This document shows positions 1 to 9,040 of a stretch of DNA of 64,000 nt, one piece after another. A program made the translations under genes and the position numbers. The notes beneath the pieces were generated by a model. It worked only from the letters and a program-made list of their open reading frames with translations. It searched no databases and was not told where the DNA came from. The first letter of the stretch is position 1, and every line of letters starts with the position of its first letter. This stretch comes from an uncultured delta proteobacterium (lineage in GTDB: Bacteria; Myxococcota_A; Polyangia; Polyangiales; Polyangiaceae), in NCBI GenBank assembly GCA_963716725.1, contig CAVQUB010000005.1, forward strand, positions 32,001 to 96,000. The letters are read 5' to 3'.

Positions 1-204
1 GCTGTCGATTTTGAAAGTGCGCTTGAGGAGCTCACGCCACGGGCGATAAGTCGAGCGATGCGTCGCCGGTCGTGCGGCGGTGGCGGTCTCATCGTGAATG
101 TGGGCAGGAGCACGCGCAGGGTTCGTGGTGGCACAGTCGTGCACCGGTGGCGGAGGTGGAGCGACTCTGGTTCTCCAGCGATGAGCTGCAGCGAGCACCC
201 CCGA

Positions 205-231
205 GTCCCCCGTCGGGGACTTCCCAGGGTC
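205..231 (-). repeat. 27-bp hairpin module Q inserted in frame in the transposase (adds DPGKSPTGD)
   Basis: Minus strand GACCCTGGGAAGTCCCCGACGGGGGAC with stem GTCCCC-GACG-GGGGAC; separates HY from SGVLA. Confidence 0.8.
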
Positions 232-351
232 GTAATGGACGCGATGGGCGCGTGGGGCAGGCACCGAGGCGGCTAGCCGGAGAAGAAACGACAACGGATC
301 GAGATCGATGGCCGTGGTGCCGTCGGAGAACGGTCGCTTGAGCAGGATGCG

Positions 352-405
352 ACGCGCTTCGCGACGATCCTTGAAAGTGCCCGGAGGGGCATCCCCGAAG
401 GGGGG
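352..405 (+). repeat. 54-bp element (module Q nested in module P), in frame and antisense in the transposase
   Basis: ACGCGCTTCGCGAC-GATCCTTGAAAGTGCCCGGAGGGGCAT-CCCCGAAGGGGGG; 48/54 identical to 26348-26401; splits GLV|RILLKRP and adds 18 aa with no stop. Confidence 0.85.
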
Positions 406-498
406 CACGAGCCCACTTCCGAGTCGACGCACTCGGTCTTGCGCGAGCGGCGGGCGTAGGACGTACTTGCAGAGGGTTTCGCGAGCACGCGCGTCCTC

Positions 499-543
499 CC
501 CCGTCGGGGACTTCCCAGGAGCCGCTTCGGAACACCCGGAGGG
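499..543. repeat. Q (minus) plus P (plus) modules side by side; P is completed at 2019-2021 on the far side of the IS4 element
   Basis: CCCCGTCGGGGACTTCCCAGG followed by AGCCGCTTCGGAACACCCGGAGGG(GTG); flanked by GTCCTC direct repeats at 493-498 and 2022-2027; net 54 bp. Confidence 0.8.
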
Positions 544-2010
544 CTCATGATTGATCGGATCCCATCTGGGACCGGGCAGCTCGGAAGCCGATCTCGTAGT
601 CGAGGAGCTTCTGGTAGCCCCGTCCTAACGTTTGCCACCCGGGTGCGCCGTTGTTCTTCAGATGCCCGCCGAGTCGCGCGACAGCGAATAGCGCTTGCTC
701 AATGGTCTGCGGGACGGCCGGGAGGCGGAGCTTGAACTTTATGAGGAGCAACTGGGGCTCACTCAGGATCGTTGTTGCCGGTTGCTCGGGTGCGACGCGG
801 GCTAACGAGCGCATGAGCAACAGGCGCCAGGCGATGGGCAGGAACACGGCGAGCGCGTTGCTCAGTGCCTGATACGACTCGAGCTGTCGTTTCTCGAGAG
901 AACACCCTTGCTTGAGTGCCTTGAAGAACTCTTCGATCACCCACCGACTGCGGTAACAGTCCACGACGGTCGCGAGTTCGGCGACGGTGTCAATGGGTTC
1001 GGTAGTGAGCAGCACCCACTCGACCGACGGCTCGCCTTCTGGTGGTTGGAGTTCCCAGACTCGAACCACGTTGAGTTCGATGCTGCGCGTCTCATGTCGA
1101 GTGTTGCGGGGGCGCAGCACAGTCAAACGTTTGCCTGCCACGGCGACCTCCGCGCTCCGGGCGTTGCGAGACGGGTGCTCTTTTGCAGCATGCGCGCGAC
1201 TGCTCGGTTTCCTCGATGACACCGAGATCGTGCGAAAAAACTGCGGTTCGAGCGTTGAGATTGCACTGCGCAAGCAGATGCCTATTTCCTCAGTTACTCG
1301 GTCGTGAGCCGAACGGATGACGTAGCGCGCACCGAGTTCCTGCGCCTTCGCCAGGACCTCGAAAATGTCCGCTTCGCGGTCCATCACGTGAATGAGCGCG
1401 CTGCCGGGGCAGCGTGCATGGACGGCCTCGAGCATGGCCGGCCAGCGCAGTGATTCGCGCTCGGGGTCTCTCCGACTGACAGACCGGCGGCGCCCGCGTC
1501 CACCCTTGTGTACGAGGCGGACGTGTCGCTGTAGACCCAGAACTCCGAGTGGCACTCGCTCCTCGCCGGGAAGCACGGCCAGCGCCACGTGTGCGAGAAA
1601 CCCCTGGCTGCCGCCGGACGTGACGCCCAACCCAGCTCGCCGACTGGCGCCGCCGAGCGATACTTCGGTCGTATCGTGCGCGACGATACACAGGCCAGCG
1701 GAACTCACACGCTCCACCGTCGCCGACAGGTGCGGGTCAAGGATCTGCTCCGCGTCGAACTGCTCGTTGCGCAGGAATCGGTAGACTCCCTCAAGCTCGG
1801 ACGGAGTGTCGACAGCCTGCGGAAACCCAACACCGGGCGCCGCCATCAGTTTCTCAGCGAGCCAACCGAGCCTGTCACTGCGCCGCTTATCGCCGAGCTG
1901 AGAGCCCTCGAACTCGTCCGAAATCGACCGCCCTAACCATTCTGTTGCCGGCATTTCTCCCGTAGATCACACGCGCCGTCCGCTCGCAATGAGATGTGTT
2001 TGATCATGAG
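544..2010 (-). mobile_element. IS4-family (IS50/Tn5-like) insertion sequence, 1467 bp
   Basis: Imperfect terminal inverted repeats CTCATGATTGATCGGATC and CTCATGATCAAACACATC; 8-bp target duplication CCGGAGGG at 536-543 and 2011-2018; contains one DDE transposase gene. Confidence 0.9.
545..1954 (-). CDS. IS4-family DDE transposase (IS50 group)
   Basis: Motifs LGDKRR, YRFLRN, HDTTE, MDREAD, YRSRWVIEEFFKALK (YREK) and ARLGG..PGWQTLGRG; stop codon lies inside the terminal repeat. Confidence 0.93.
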   Translation of the reverse strand: MPATEWLGRSISDEFEGSQLGDKRRSDRLGWLAEKLMAAPGVGFPQAVDTPSELEGVYRFLRNEQFDAEQILDPHLSATVERVSSAGLCIVAHDTTEVSLGGASRRAGLGVTSGGSQGFLAHVALAVLPGEERVPLGVLGLQRHVRLVHKGGRGRRRSVSRRDPERESLRWPAMLEAVHARCPGSALIHVMDREADIFEVLAKAQELGARYVIRSAHDRVTEEIGICLRSAISTLEPQFFRTISVSSRKPSSRAHAAKEHPSRNARSAEVAVAGKRLTVLRPRNTRHETRSIELNVVRVWELQPPEGEPSVEWVLLTTEPIDTVAELATVVDCYRSRWVIEEFFKALKQGCSLEKRQLESYQALSNALAVFLPIAWRLLLMRSLARVAPEQPATTILSEPQLLLIKFKLRLPAVPQTIEQALFAVARLGGHLKNNGAPGWQTLGRGYQKLLDYEIGFRAARSQMGSDQS

Positions 2011-3008
2011 CCGGAGGGGTGGTCCTCGCCGGGAGCCGTGGTGGCCGCATGCACCGAGAAGCCGTCCTCGCGGGCGGCCAGACCGGAAACGGAGAGCTCG
2101 CCGCGATCGGGCAGTGCGATGGCGGGACGCTGCCGATGCTCGGGCCCCGCCGGAGGGTTGCCGGTGACGGCGGCGGTGGCGAGTGCGGCCAGCTCGGGCT
2201 CGCGCTCGGCGAAACCGTCGTCGGTGAGGCAGAGCTCGTTGTCTCGTTCGACGACGCCGCGACGCGCGAGAAAGTCCAAGATGCGCACGCGGGCGGCGTG
2301 CAAGAGATCTGCGACGTCGGAGTTGGAGAGCGCGGGGAGCTGGTGGAAGACGAGGCTCCCGTCATCGGTCTCGAGGAAGACTCCGTCCAACGCGAGCAGG
2401 TGCAGGTGGGGGTTGAGTCGGAGGTCGGAATTCACGCGTTGCACAGCGGTGATCGCGCCGCTCTGGCCTTTGCCCACGCGGTAGAGGTCGCGCATCGTGC
2501 GGCGGTAGAAGCCGAGCACGCTGTCGGCGAACAGTCGCGTGATCCGGCTGAGCAGCTCGCGGTCGTAGGCGACGCGGGCGCGGAGCTCGAACGGCAAGGT
2601 GAGAACCCACTGCCTGAGCGGAGCACGCGACGGCAGAACATGGTCGATCCAATTCGCCGCTGACTCGGCCATCGTTCTGCCCAGGCACGAGGGGCACCAT
2701 GCGCGTCCCTTGCAAGAAAACGCGACCAAGAGCTTCGCGCGGCACTTCGGGTCTTGGCATTGAAGAAATCCAAAACCGTGCGCCAGGATTCCGCACTCGA
2801 GGTAGCCCTCGAACTCATCCCTCACGAACGCCGGCAACAGCGCGATGATCTCTTGGTCTGCGGCGGCTTCGAGCGTGCGGTAGTTCTCGGCGACGACCTG
2901 GTAGAAGTCGCTGAGCTCCGGTCGCCGGCGTCGATATTCGACGCCGCTGCCATCCGAAGTTGCGTCCGAGATCGGCAGCGCGGCGGCCATCGCCGCGCCC
3001 GAGCGCAC
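2011..3008 (-). pseudogene. N-terminal half of IS91/ISCR-type HUH rolling-circle transposase, interrupted by the IS4 element
   Basis: YRRRRPE; Cys-rich zinc-binding segment (CGILAHGF...C...C...AFSCKGRAWCPSC); RQWVLTLP; NPHLH (HUH); FSVHAAT. The ORF stop at 2004 comes from the IS end. Confidence 0.9.
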
Positions 3009-3608
3009 ACGGCGTGCCGACCCCGCCCGGGGCGAGAACGCCGCAAATTACCGTGTTGCAGGCGCTCGGGTGGGTGGCGAAACGCCGGCCGCCGGCGGCG
3101 GCCGCCACTGCCCACCGCTGCGCGCTACCCCGCCGCCGCCGCGAACCCCAGCGACTCACCCGCTTCCGGCGCTCGCATCACCAGCATCAGACGCGTCCGT
3201 TCCCTGGCAAGCCAGGGTCCGAAGCTCGTGAACCACGCCGGCTCGAGCCCGGCACCACGCGCCCAAGAGCGCGACCGAAAGCCCTGCCATCCTCGGCCCG
3301 AGCTCACGTCGCAGGATCAATCGCAGTGGAACTCGCTGCCAAAACAACTGCGAACGTGTCTGTCCATTCCCGAAGGAAACCCCCGTCCGCCTGAGCGGGA
3401 CGATCCAACGCGCCACCTCGGCCCAAATCGGAGCCGCCCATGAGCAGTACGTGTTCGTTCCGGATCCGCCGCCCGGAACGAGCGGCAACTGACGTAGCGG
3501 GCGTGCTCGTGCGTGCGCCCAGGTTTTCCGATGAGCGCGCAGTGGCGCTCATGTGGGAGGCTCGGTGCACAAACACCCCCCCCCGCCTCCGCGCTCCGAG
3601 CCCCGCCA

Positions 3609-5225
3609 CTACTCCGAGCAACCCAACCCCAGCGGGCCCGCCGTCAGCAAATACTTCGGGCTAGGGCACGACTTCACGCAGACGGGCAGGTTGCAACCCG
3701 CGCTGCCGCGCGGCACCACGTAGGTGCAGCCGCCGGCGCCGCAGCCGTGCTTCACGCCGGTGGCGGCGTCTTGGCCGAAGCCTTGTTTCGGAGCGGTCAC
3801 GCAGAAGCCGAAGATGTTCACCTTGCCGGCCGGGCATCCGCTGTTCTGCGCGACGGGGCAGGTGTTGAAGTGACGCGGGCTGCCGTCGGGGCAGGGCGGC
3901 ACGCAGATCGGGATGCCGCTGTCGGGCACCAAGCCGGGCGGGCAGTCGCCGGGGCTGGGCGTGGGCGGCGTCGGCTCGCCGGGTTTGTTCGGCTTGTCGC
4001 CGCCGCTCGGCGTGCTGACGTCGACCAGGTACGAGTAGCGCAGGTTGGTCTTCAGCGTGTTCTCGTGGATCCAGGCGTAGCCGCCGTCGCCCCACTTGGG
4101 GCCCCAGCTGTTGTGGATCAAGAAATAGGTGCCGTTGCCCTGGGTCTTGTAGCCCGACAGCACCATCGCGTGTCCCGAGCCCGAGTGACGGAAGTCACCG
4201 TCGGGGATCACCGCCGGCGAACCCTTCACGCTCTGGAACGCGTCGTCGACCCACATCGCGAACCAAACGTCTTGGCCTTTGGCGATGGTGGCCTTGATCT
4301 CGGAGATGTCCCCGTCGGGCAGGCGCGTGACGTTGGTGACCTTCGCCGTCTGCGCCGAGTCGAGCTGGCCGAGCTTCTGGCTGTCCACGGGCTGCTGACA
4401 CGAGACGTTGAGCATCGAGCCGCAATCGCAGCCCCCACCTGACCAATATTTGCAGGCCTCGACCTTGTCGTAGGGCCACGCGCTCTCGTTGCCGAGGGAC
4501 TTGCCCTTGTTCGACGAGGTTGCGTCTTGCATCGACGGCACGTGATAGCGCGCCCACACTTGCATCACGCTGACGTTGCCCGGCTTGCTGGTCGTGGTCG
4601 CGATGGCGTGGTCGATGGCCGTCGCGAAGGAGAAGGCCGTGCACGCGCCGACGGGACCTTGATTGCGCACCGGGCCCTCGGTGCCCGCCGCACGGTGGTC
4701 GACCGCGGCCGGCAACGCGTCGGCGCCCTCGTGGGCGGGGCTCACGTTGAAGGCTTGGCGTCGCACCACATACTGGCTCGCCTCGGCCACGGTGCCGTAG
4801 GTCGGAGTCATGCAGTCGAGCAAGAACTGCTCACCGCCGATGTTCGCTACGCCACAACCCTTGATGCCCTTGGCGGCCGGAGGCGGCGCGGGCTGCCCAC
4901 CGGGCGCGGTTGGGTTCGGCTGCGTCGGAAACCCGGGGATGGGCGGGATGGGAATTCCGCCGAGGCTGCCCCAGCCGGGGGGCGGCGCGGGCAACTGGAA
5001 CGCCGACGCGGGCGGCGGGGGCGGCAGCTGGAAGCCCCAGAAGGGCGCGGGGGCGGGCGCGGCCGCGGCCGGAGGTGGCGCCATCGGGGGCGGCGGGTTC
5101 TGCGCCACCGCGTAGCCGCCAGGATATGCCGCGGGCTGGGTGGCGGAGCGTCCGTTTCCGGTCGTGCAACCGTGAGTCAGACCCAGTGTGACGAGCGCGA
5201 GGGCGATGGTTCGATGGGTGGTCAA
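3609..5225 (-). CDS. Papain-like (C1 family) cysteine peptidase, probable lipoprotein, with Pro-rich N-terminus and Cys-rich C-terminus
   Basis: NQGPVGACTAF, GHAMVLSGY, NSWGPKWGDGGY; lipobox-like LTHGC; TTG start is inferred. Confidence 0.85.
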   Translation of the reverse strand: MTTHRTIALALVTLGLTHGCTTGNGRSATQPAAYPGGYAVAQNPPPPMAPPPAAAAPAPAPFWGFQLPPPPPASAFQLPAPPPGWGSLGGIPIPPIPGFPTQPNPTAPGGQPAPPPAAKGIKGCGVANIGGEQFLLDCMTPTYGTVAEASQYVVRRQAFNVSPAHEGADALPAAVDHRAAGTEGPVRNQGPVGACTAFSFATAIDHAIATTTSKPGNVSVMQVWARYHVPSMQDATSSNKGKSLGNESAWPYDKVEACKYWSGGGCDCGSMLNVSCQQPVDSQKLGQLDSAQTAKVTNVTRLPDGDISEIKATIAKGQDVWFAMWVDDAFQSVKGSPAVIPDGDFRHSGSGHAMVLSGYKTQGNGTYFLIHNSWGPKWGDGGYAWIHENTLKTNLRYSYLVDVSTPSGGDKPNKPGEPTPPTPSPGDCPPGLVPDSGIPICVPPCPDGSPRHFNTCPVAQNSGCPAGKVNIFGFCVTAPKQGFGQDAATGVKHGCGAGGCTYVVPRGSAGCNLPVCVKSCPSPKYLLTAGPLGLGCSE

Positions 5226-5369
5226 GGGCTTCGTCCGATCATACGTCAACCTGGCGCGAGGGCTTCCGCCAAGTTGGACGTGCGAGGCGATGAATCCTGG
5301 CACTGACTTTGTGCGTGAATGTGCGCTGCGCTTGACGGAGCGAGACGTCGGCGATGTGCTCCGCGGGCG

Positions 5370-6050
5370 ATGACCCAAGACGAAGCCAAGCTGCTGGCGG
5401 CCCAGGCCGCGCTGGCGCTCCTGCCCAAATCCGGCGTGATCGGCCTCGGATCAGGCTCCACCGCCAAGCTCTTCATCGACGGCGTGGGCCAGCTCGTCCG
5501 CAAGGGTCAAGCGTTGGTCGGCGTCGCGACCAGCGATGCGAGCCGGTCACAGGCCACCGCCCTGGGCATTCCGCTCTTGTCCGACGATGGTCCTTGGGAC
5601 ATCGCGCTCACCGTCGACGGGGCGGACGAAGTCAGCAGCAAGCTCGATCTGATCAAGGGAGGGGGCGGCTGTCACGCCCGGGAAAAGATCGTGAACTTCG
5701 CCTCGCGCACCAACGTGATCATCGTCGACGAGAGCAAGCTGAGCGAGAAGCTGGGCGAAAAATGGCCCGTACCCACCGAGGTGCTCGGCTTCGGACACGA
5801 GTCGACGCTGCGCGCCCTCGAGCGCTTTGGGAAGGTCACGCGGCGCATGCGTGACGAACGACCCTGGCTGACCGACGCTGGAAACTACATCTACGACGTG
5901 CACGTCGGCCCCATCGACGACCCCGCGGATCTCGACCGGCGCCTGCGGGCGATCGCCGGGGTGGTCGAGACTGGCCTGTTCGTGGGCCGCGCCGATCGGG
6001 TCATCGTCGCAGGCCCCAGCGGCGCGCGAGAGCTGACTTTGCCGGGTTGA
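5370..6050 (+). CDS. rpiA: Ribose-5-phosphate isomerase A
   Basis: GLGSGST, DGADEV, IKGGGG..REKIV, GVVETGLF. Confidence 0.95.
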   Translation: MTQDEAKLLAAQAALALLPKSGVIGLGSGSTAKLFIDGVGQLVRKGQALVGVATSDASRSQATALGIPLLSDDGPWDIALTVDGADEVSSKLDLIKGGGGCHAREKIVNFASRTNVIIVDESKLSEKLGEKWPVPTEVLGFGHESTLRALERFGKVTRRMRDERPWLTDAGNYIYDVHVGPIDDPADLDRRLRAIAGVVETGLFVGRADRVIVAGPSGARELTLPG

Positions 6051-6096
6051 CCCGGGAGTGTTTGGAGGGGCCTCGAAGGGCGCTATGCTTGGCCCC

Positions 6097-7224
6097 GTGA
6101 GAGTTCGAACCGTTCTTCGTGCCGCTTCGTTTGGCTGGGTGGTGGTCGCGACCGCGGCCGTGGCGTTTGCTCAGGCGACGCCCCGGTCTGCTTTCCCGCC
6201 AGCGGATCCGCCGCAGCAGGATCAACCGGTCAACCCCTGGGATGCGCCGGCGATCGCCGCCGACGGGGCGGCTAAGCCTCCGGCGAACGAGTCGCCGCTC
6301 GAGCGCGCGCGTCGACAGGTCGTCGTGCTGCAGCGCGCCGGCAAGGCCCTGGGCATGGGCAGCGTGCTCTCGGGTGACGGCCGCATTCTGACGGCGCTCT
6401 CGGTGCTCGGCCACGGCAACAACGTCGACGCGCGTTTCGCGGACGGCACCGTGATCGCCGTTCGCGTCGTGCACTTCGATCGCGGCTGGGATCTAGCGCT
6501 GGTGGCCGCGGTGACTCCCCACTCCGACCAGGGGCTGCGCGCGTCGCGGGTCGCTCCCGCCAAGGAGTCGAAGCTCACGGCCTTTGGCCCCGGCGCCAAG
6601 ACGCTGGCCGCAGCTCCGGTTCGCATCAAGAACTCGGCGACGCTGGTGGGCGGCGACAACGCGCCGCTGGTCTCGGCGCTCGTGCTGGACAGCAAGCACA
6701 AGGCGACCGAGCTCGGCTCCCCCGTCATCGACGAGAAGGGCGACGTGGTCGCTATCCTCGCGCAGGCTTGCGCGGGCGCGGCCGACAAGCCCTGCTCCCT
6801 CGCGCCCTTCGGCGCACCGGTCTCCGCCATCAAGGAGTTCTTGCGGACAGTGCCCACCGCCAGCCCCAGCCAGTGGCCGTCCTCTGGCATCCGCGTCACG
6901 CCGCACGACACGGGCACAGTGAAGGGAGTTCGAGTCTTGGCCGTGAGCCCGAGATCAGCGGCCGCCGGATCGGGACTGAGGAGCGGGGCCGACACCATCG
7001 TTGCTGTCGACGGCACGCCGGTCACGACCGCCGACGCGTTGGATGGAGCCCTGCGTGCGCGCGCGGGTCGCTCGCTGGAGCTGTTGGTGTTCGGGCACGG
7101 TCGCTACCGGATCGTACGCGTGGGCCCGGCCGCGCGACGCCCCGGAGGCTTCCGGCCCGCCGAGCCCCGCAGCCGGTGGCCGGCTCCGCGCCGGCCCCGG
7201 ACCCAGCCGGACCCGGGATATTGA
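6097..7224 (+). CDS. Secreted trypsin-like (HtrA/DegP-like) domain plus PDZ protein, catalytically degenerate
   Basis: GSVLSGDGRILTA, DLALV, GSPVIDEKGDVVAI; PDZ-like SAAAGSGLRSGADTIVAVDG; N-terminal signal peptide. Confidence 0.7.
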   Translation: MRVRTVLRAASFGWVVVATAAVAFAQATPRSAFPPADPPQQDQPVNPWDAPAIAADGAAKPPANESPLERARRQVVVLQRAGKALGMGSVLSGDGRILTALSVLGHGNNVDARFADGTVIAVRVVHFDRGWDLALVAAVTPHSDQGLRASRVAPAKESKLTAFGPGAKTLAAAPVRIKNSATLVGGDNAPLVSALVLDSKHKATELGSPVIDEKGDVVAILAQACAGAADKPCSLAPFGAPVSAIKEFLRTVPTASPSQWPSSGIRVTPHDTGTVKGVRVLAVSPRSAAAGSGLRSGADTIVAVDGTPVTTADALDGALRARAGRSLELLVFGHGRYRIVRVGPAARRPGGFRPAEPRSRWPAPRRPRTQPDPGY

Positions 7225-7364
7225 GCCGCGACACCCCAAAATACCCGGCTTTTTGCGGCGCGAGTGGCTTGGTCGACAGGACTTCGTTTCACCCCCTAGG
7301 CTCCGCTCGCGCGGACTGCTAAAAGGATTTTGCGGAAACCCAGAAGCCTTCCGCAGAATTACCC

Positions 7365-8138
7365 GTGAGTCGGCCCCTGCGCATCGAGGTTGCTGGCCAG
7401 ACCGATGTCGGTCGGAAGCGCAACCATAACGAGGACAACTTCGCCATCTTCGCGGAGTATGGCCTGTACGTCGTCGCGGACGGAATGGGCGGACACGCCT
7501 CGGGCGAGGTCGCGTCCAAGATGGCCGTCGATACGCTGCAAGAGTTCTTCGCAGCCACGGCGGACGACCCAGAGCGGACCTGGCCCTACAAGATGGACCG
7601 CACCAAGGGTTACGAAGAGAACCGCTTGGTCACCGGCATCAAGCTCTGCAACCTGCGCATCTACGAGCAGGCCCAGCGCAACGCCAAGCAGCGCGGCATG
7701 GGCACGACCCTGGTCTCCCTGTTCGCGGTCGAAGACGGCATCTACTTGGCGCACGTCGGCGACAGCCGCATGTACCGGATCCGCGACGCCAAGCTCGAGC
7801 AGCTCACCGAGGACCACTCGCTGCTCAACGACTACAAGAAGATGAAGCGCCTGACCGAGGAGGAGATCGCGAACTTCCCGCACAAGAACGTGATCGTGCG
7901 CGCGCTCGGCATGAAGGACACGGTCAAGGTCGATACACGCTTCGAGGCGCCTCGTGCCGGAGACACCATGTTGCTCTGCACCGACGGGCTCTCTGGCCCG
8001 GTCACCGACGAGAAGATTTGCGAGATCGTGGTGAACGCGCCGGATCTGCCCACGGCGACCAGCCGCCTGATCGAGGCTGCCAACGGCAACGGCGGCCCGG
8101 ATAACATCACCTGCATCTTGGCCCGCTGGATCGAGTGA
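7365..8138 (+). CDS. PP2C-family Ser/Thr protein phosphatase
   Basis: TDVGRKRNHNED, VADGMGGH, GMGTT, AHVGDSR, LCTDGL, GGPDNIT. Confidence 0.95.
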   Translation: MSRPLRIEVAGQTDVGRKRNHNEDNFAIFAEYGLYVVADGMGGHASGEVASKMAVDTLQEFFAATADDPERTWPYKMDRTKGYEENRLVTGIKLCNLRIYEQAQRNAKQRGMGTTLVSLFAVEDGIYLAHVGDSRMYRIRDAKLEQLTEDHSLLNDYKKMKRLTEEEIANFPHKNVIVRALGMKDTVKVDTRFEAPRAGDTMLLCTDGLSGPVTDEKICEIVVNAPDLPTATSRLIEAANGNGGPDNITCILARWIE

Positions 8139-8141
8139 GCG

Positions 8142-8936
8142 CTACTCGCTGGCGCCCAGCCCCAGCGTCAGCGACAAACCCGCCGACGTGAAGGTCTTGC
8201 CGGACGTCTGCTGCCCGCTCTCTACGTGGGGCATGCGCCCAACGGCGCCGTGCAGCGCGATGCGACCGCCGTGCAAGATGCCGTGGAGGTGCCGCGCGAG
8301 GTCCAGCGCGAGGCCGCCTGCCGCCGACGGAAAGAAACCCGACGCCTTGGCGTGAGTCAGCGTCACCAGAGCGTCGCCGCAGTCCACGCCCCAGCGGCCG
8401 TCTGCGTCCAAGCAGTAGTCGCCGTTGGCGTCGAGCCCGGTGAAGCCGAGGTTCCCGAACAGGTGCAGCTCGACCCACTTGCTCTTGGGCGTGGCCCGCA
8501 CGTCGACGCCGGCCTCGGCTCCCCCGCGAGTCGCCTCGTAGGACGCTCCGTCCGACGACCCGTGTCCGTAAGCACCGAAGACGACCCCGCCGACCGCGAA
8601 CACCTCCTGGTCGTCGAGGTGCGTTCGGTAGCGCAGCATTGGCTCCGGGTAGCCGCCGCTATCACCCGAGCCGACGTAACGCCCACCCAGCGCGAGCCCT
8701 GGCAGTCCGATCAGAGCCCCGGCTTCGAGCATCACCGCCGCCTGGCCGATGGGCGAGGACTGGGGGTTCTCCTGGACTGATTCCGACAGGTAGTAGCCGG
8801 GCACCGCGGCGATCTGCGCCTCCCCTCCGGGACGCGGGGTCGGCACCACGGACTGCGCCGTGGTTGCAGTCATGGGACCGAGGGTCGTGCACCCACAGGA
8901 AAACGCCAAGAGGAGGACGAGGGGTCGAGGTGACAT
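8142..8936 (-). CDS. Hypothetical lipoprotein, likely beta-barrel type
   Basis: Lipobox SCGC; alternating hydrophobic beta-strand pattern; GC-rich codon usage. Confidence 0.65.
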   Translation of the reverse strand: MSPRPLVLLLAFSCGCTTLGPMTATTAQSVVPTPRPGGEAQIAAVPGYYLSESVQENPQSSPIGQAAVMLEAGALIGLPGLALGGRYVGSGDSGGYPEPMLRYRTHLDDQEVFAVGGVVFGAYGHGSSDGASYEATRGGAEAGVDVRATPKSKWVELHLFGNLGFTGLDANGDYCLDADGRWGVDCGDALVTLTHAKASGFFPSAAGGLALDLARHLHGILHGGRIALHGAVGRMPHVESGQQTSGKTFTSAGLSLTLGLGASE

Positions 8937-9040
8937 TCGAAGCCGAGACTAGCAGCCGGCGTGCCAGCAGGAGTCCGGCAAACGCCCGGGGATATGCCGC
9001 GAAACCGTGCCGCCACGGCCCCACTGTGCGCCCCGCGCAC

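Larger units (their letters stand above)
1..543 (-). pseudogene. C-terminal half of an IS91/ISCR-type rolling-circle transposase, cut off from its N-terminus by the IS4 insertion; runs off the window edge
   Basis: Manual translation of frame 543->1 (absent from the ORF track because it has no stop in the window): ...ARETLCKYVLRPPLAQDRV...RILLKRPFSDGTTAIDLDPLSFLLRLAASVPAPRAHRVHY...SGVLAAAHRWR...YRPWRELLKRTFKIDS, typical of this family's C-terminus. In frame with ORF 2004..3008 once the IS and one TSD copy are removed. Confidence 0.88.

Noticed and set aside
205..543. Clustered short palindromic repeats with unique sequence between them, superficially CRISPR-like
   Set aside because: Repeats vary in orientation and length, the intervening DNA is continuous transposase coding sequence, and no cas genes are present.
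3009..3608. Possible end of the rolling-circle element or an ncRNA (GC-rich hairpins near 3068-3116)
   Set aside because: No boundary or known RNA motif can be fixed without a second copy for comparison.
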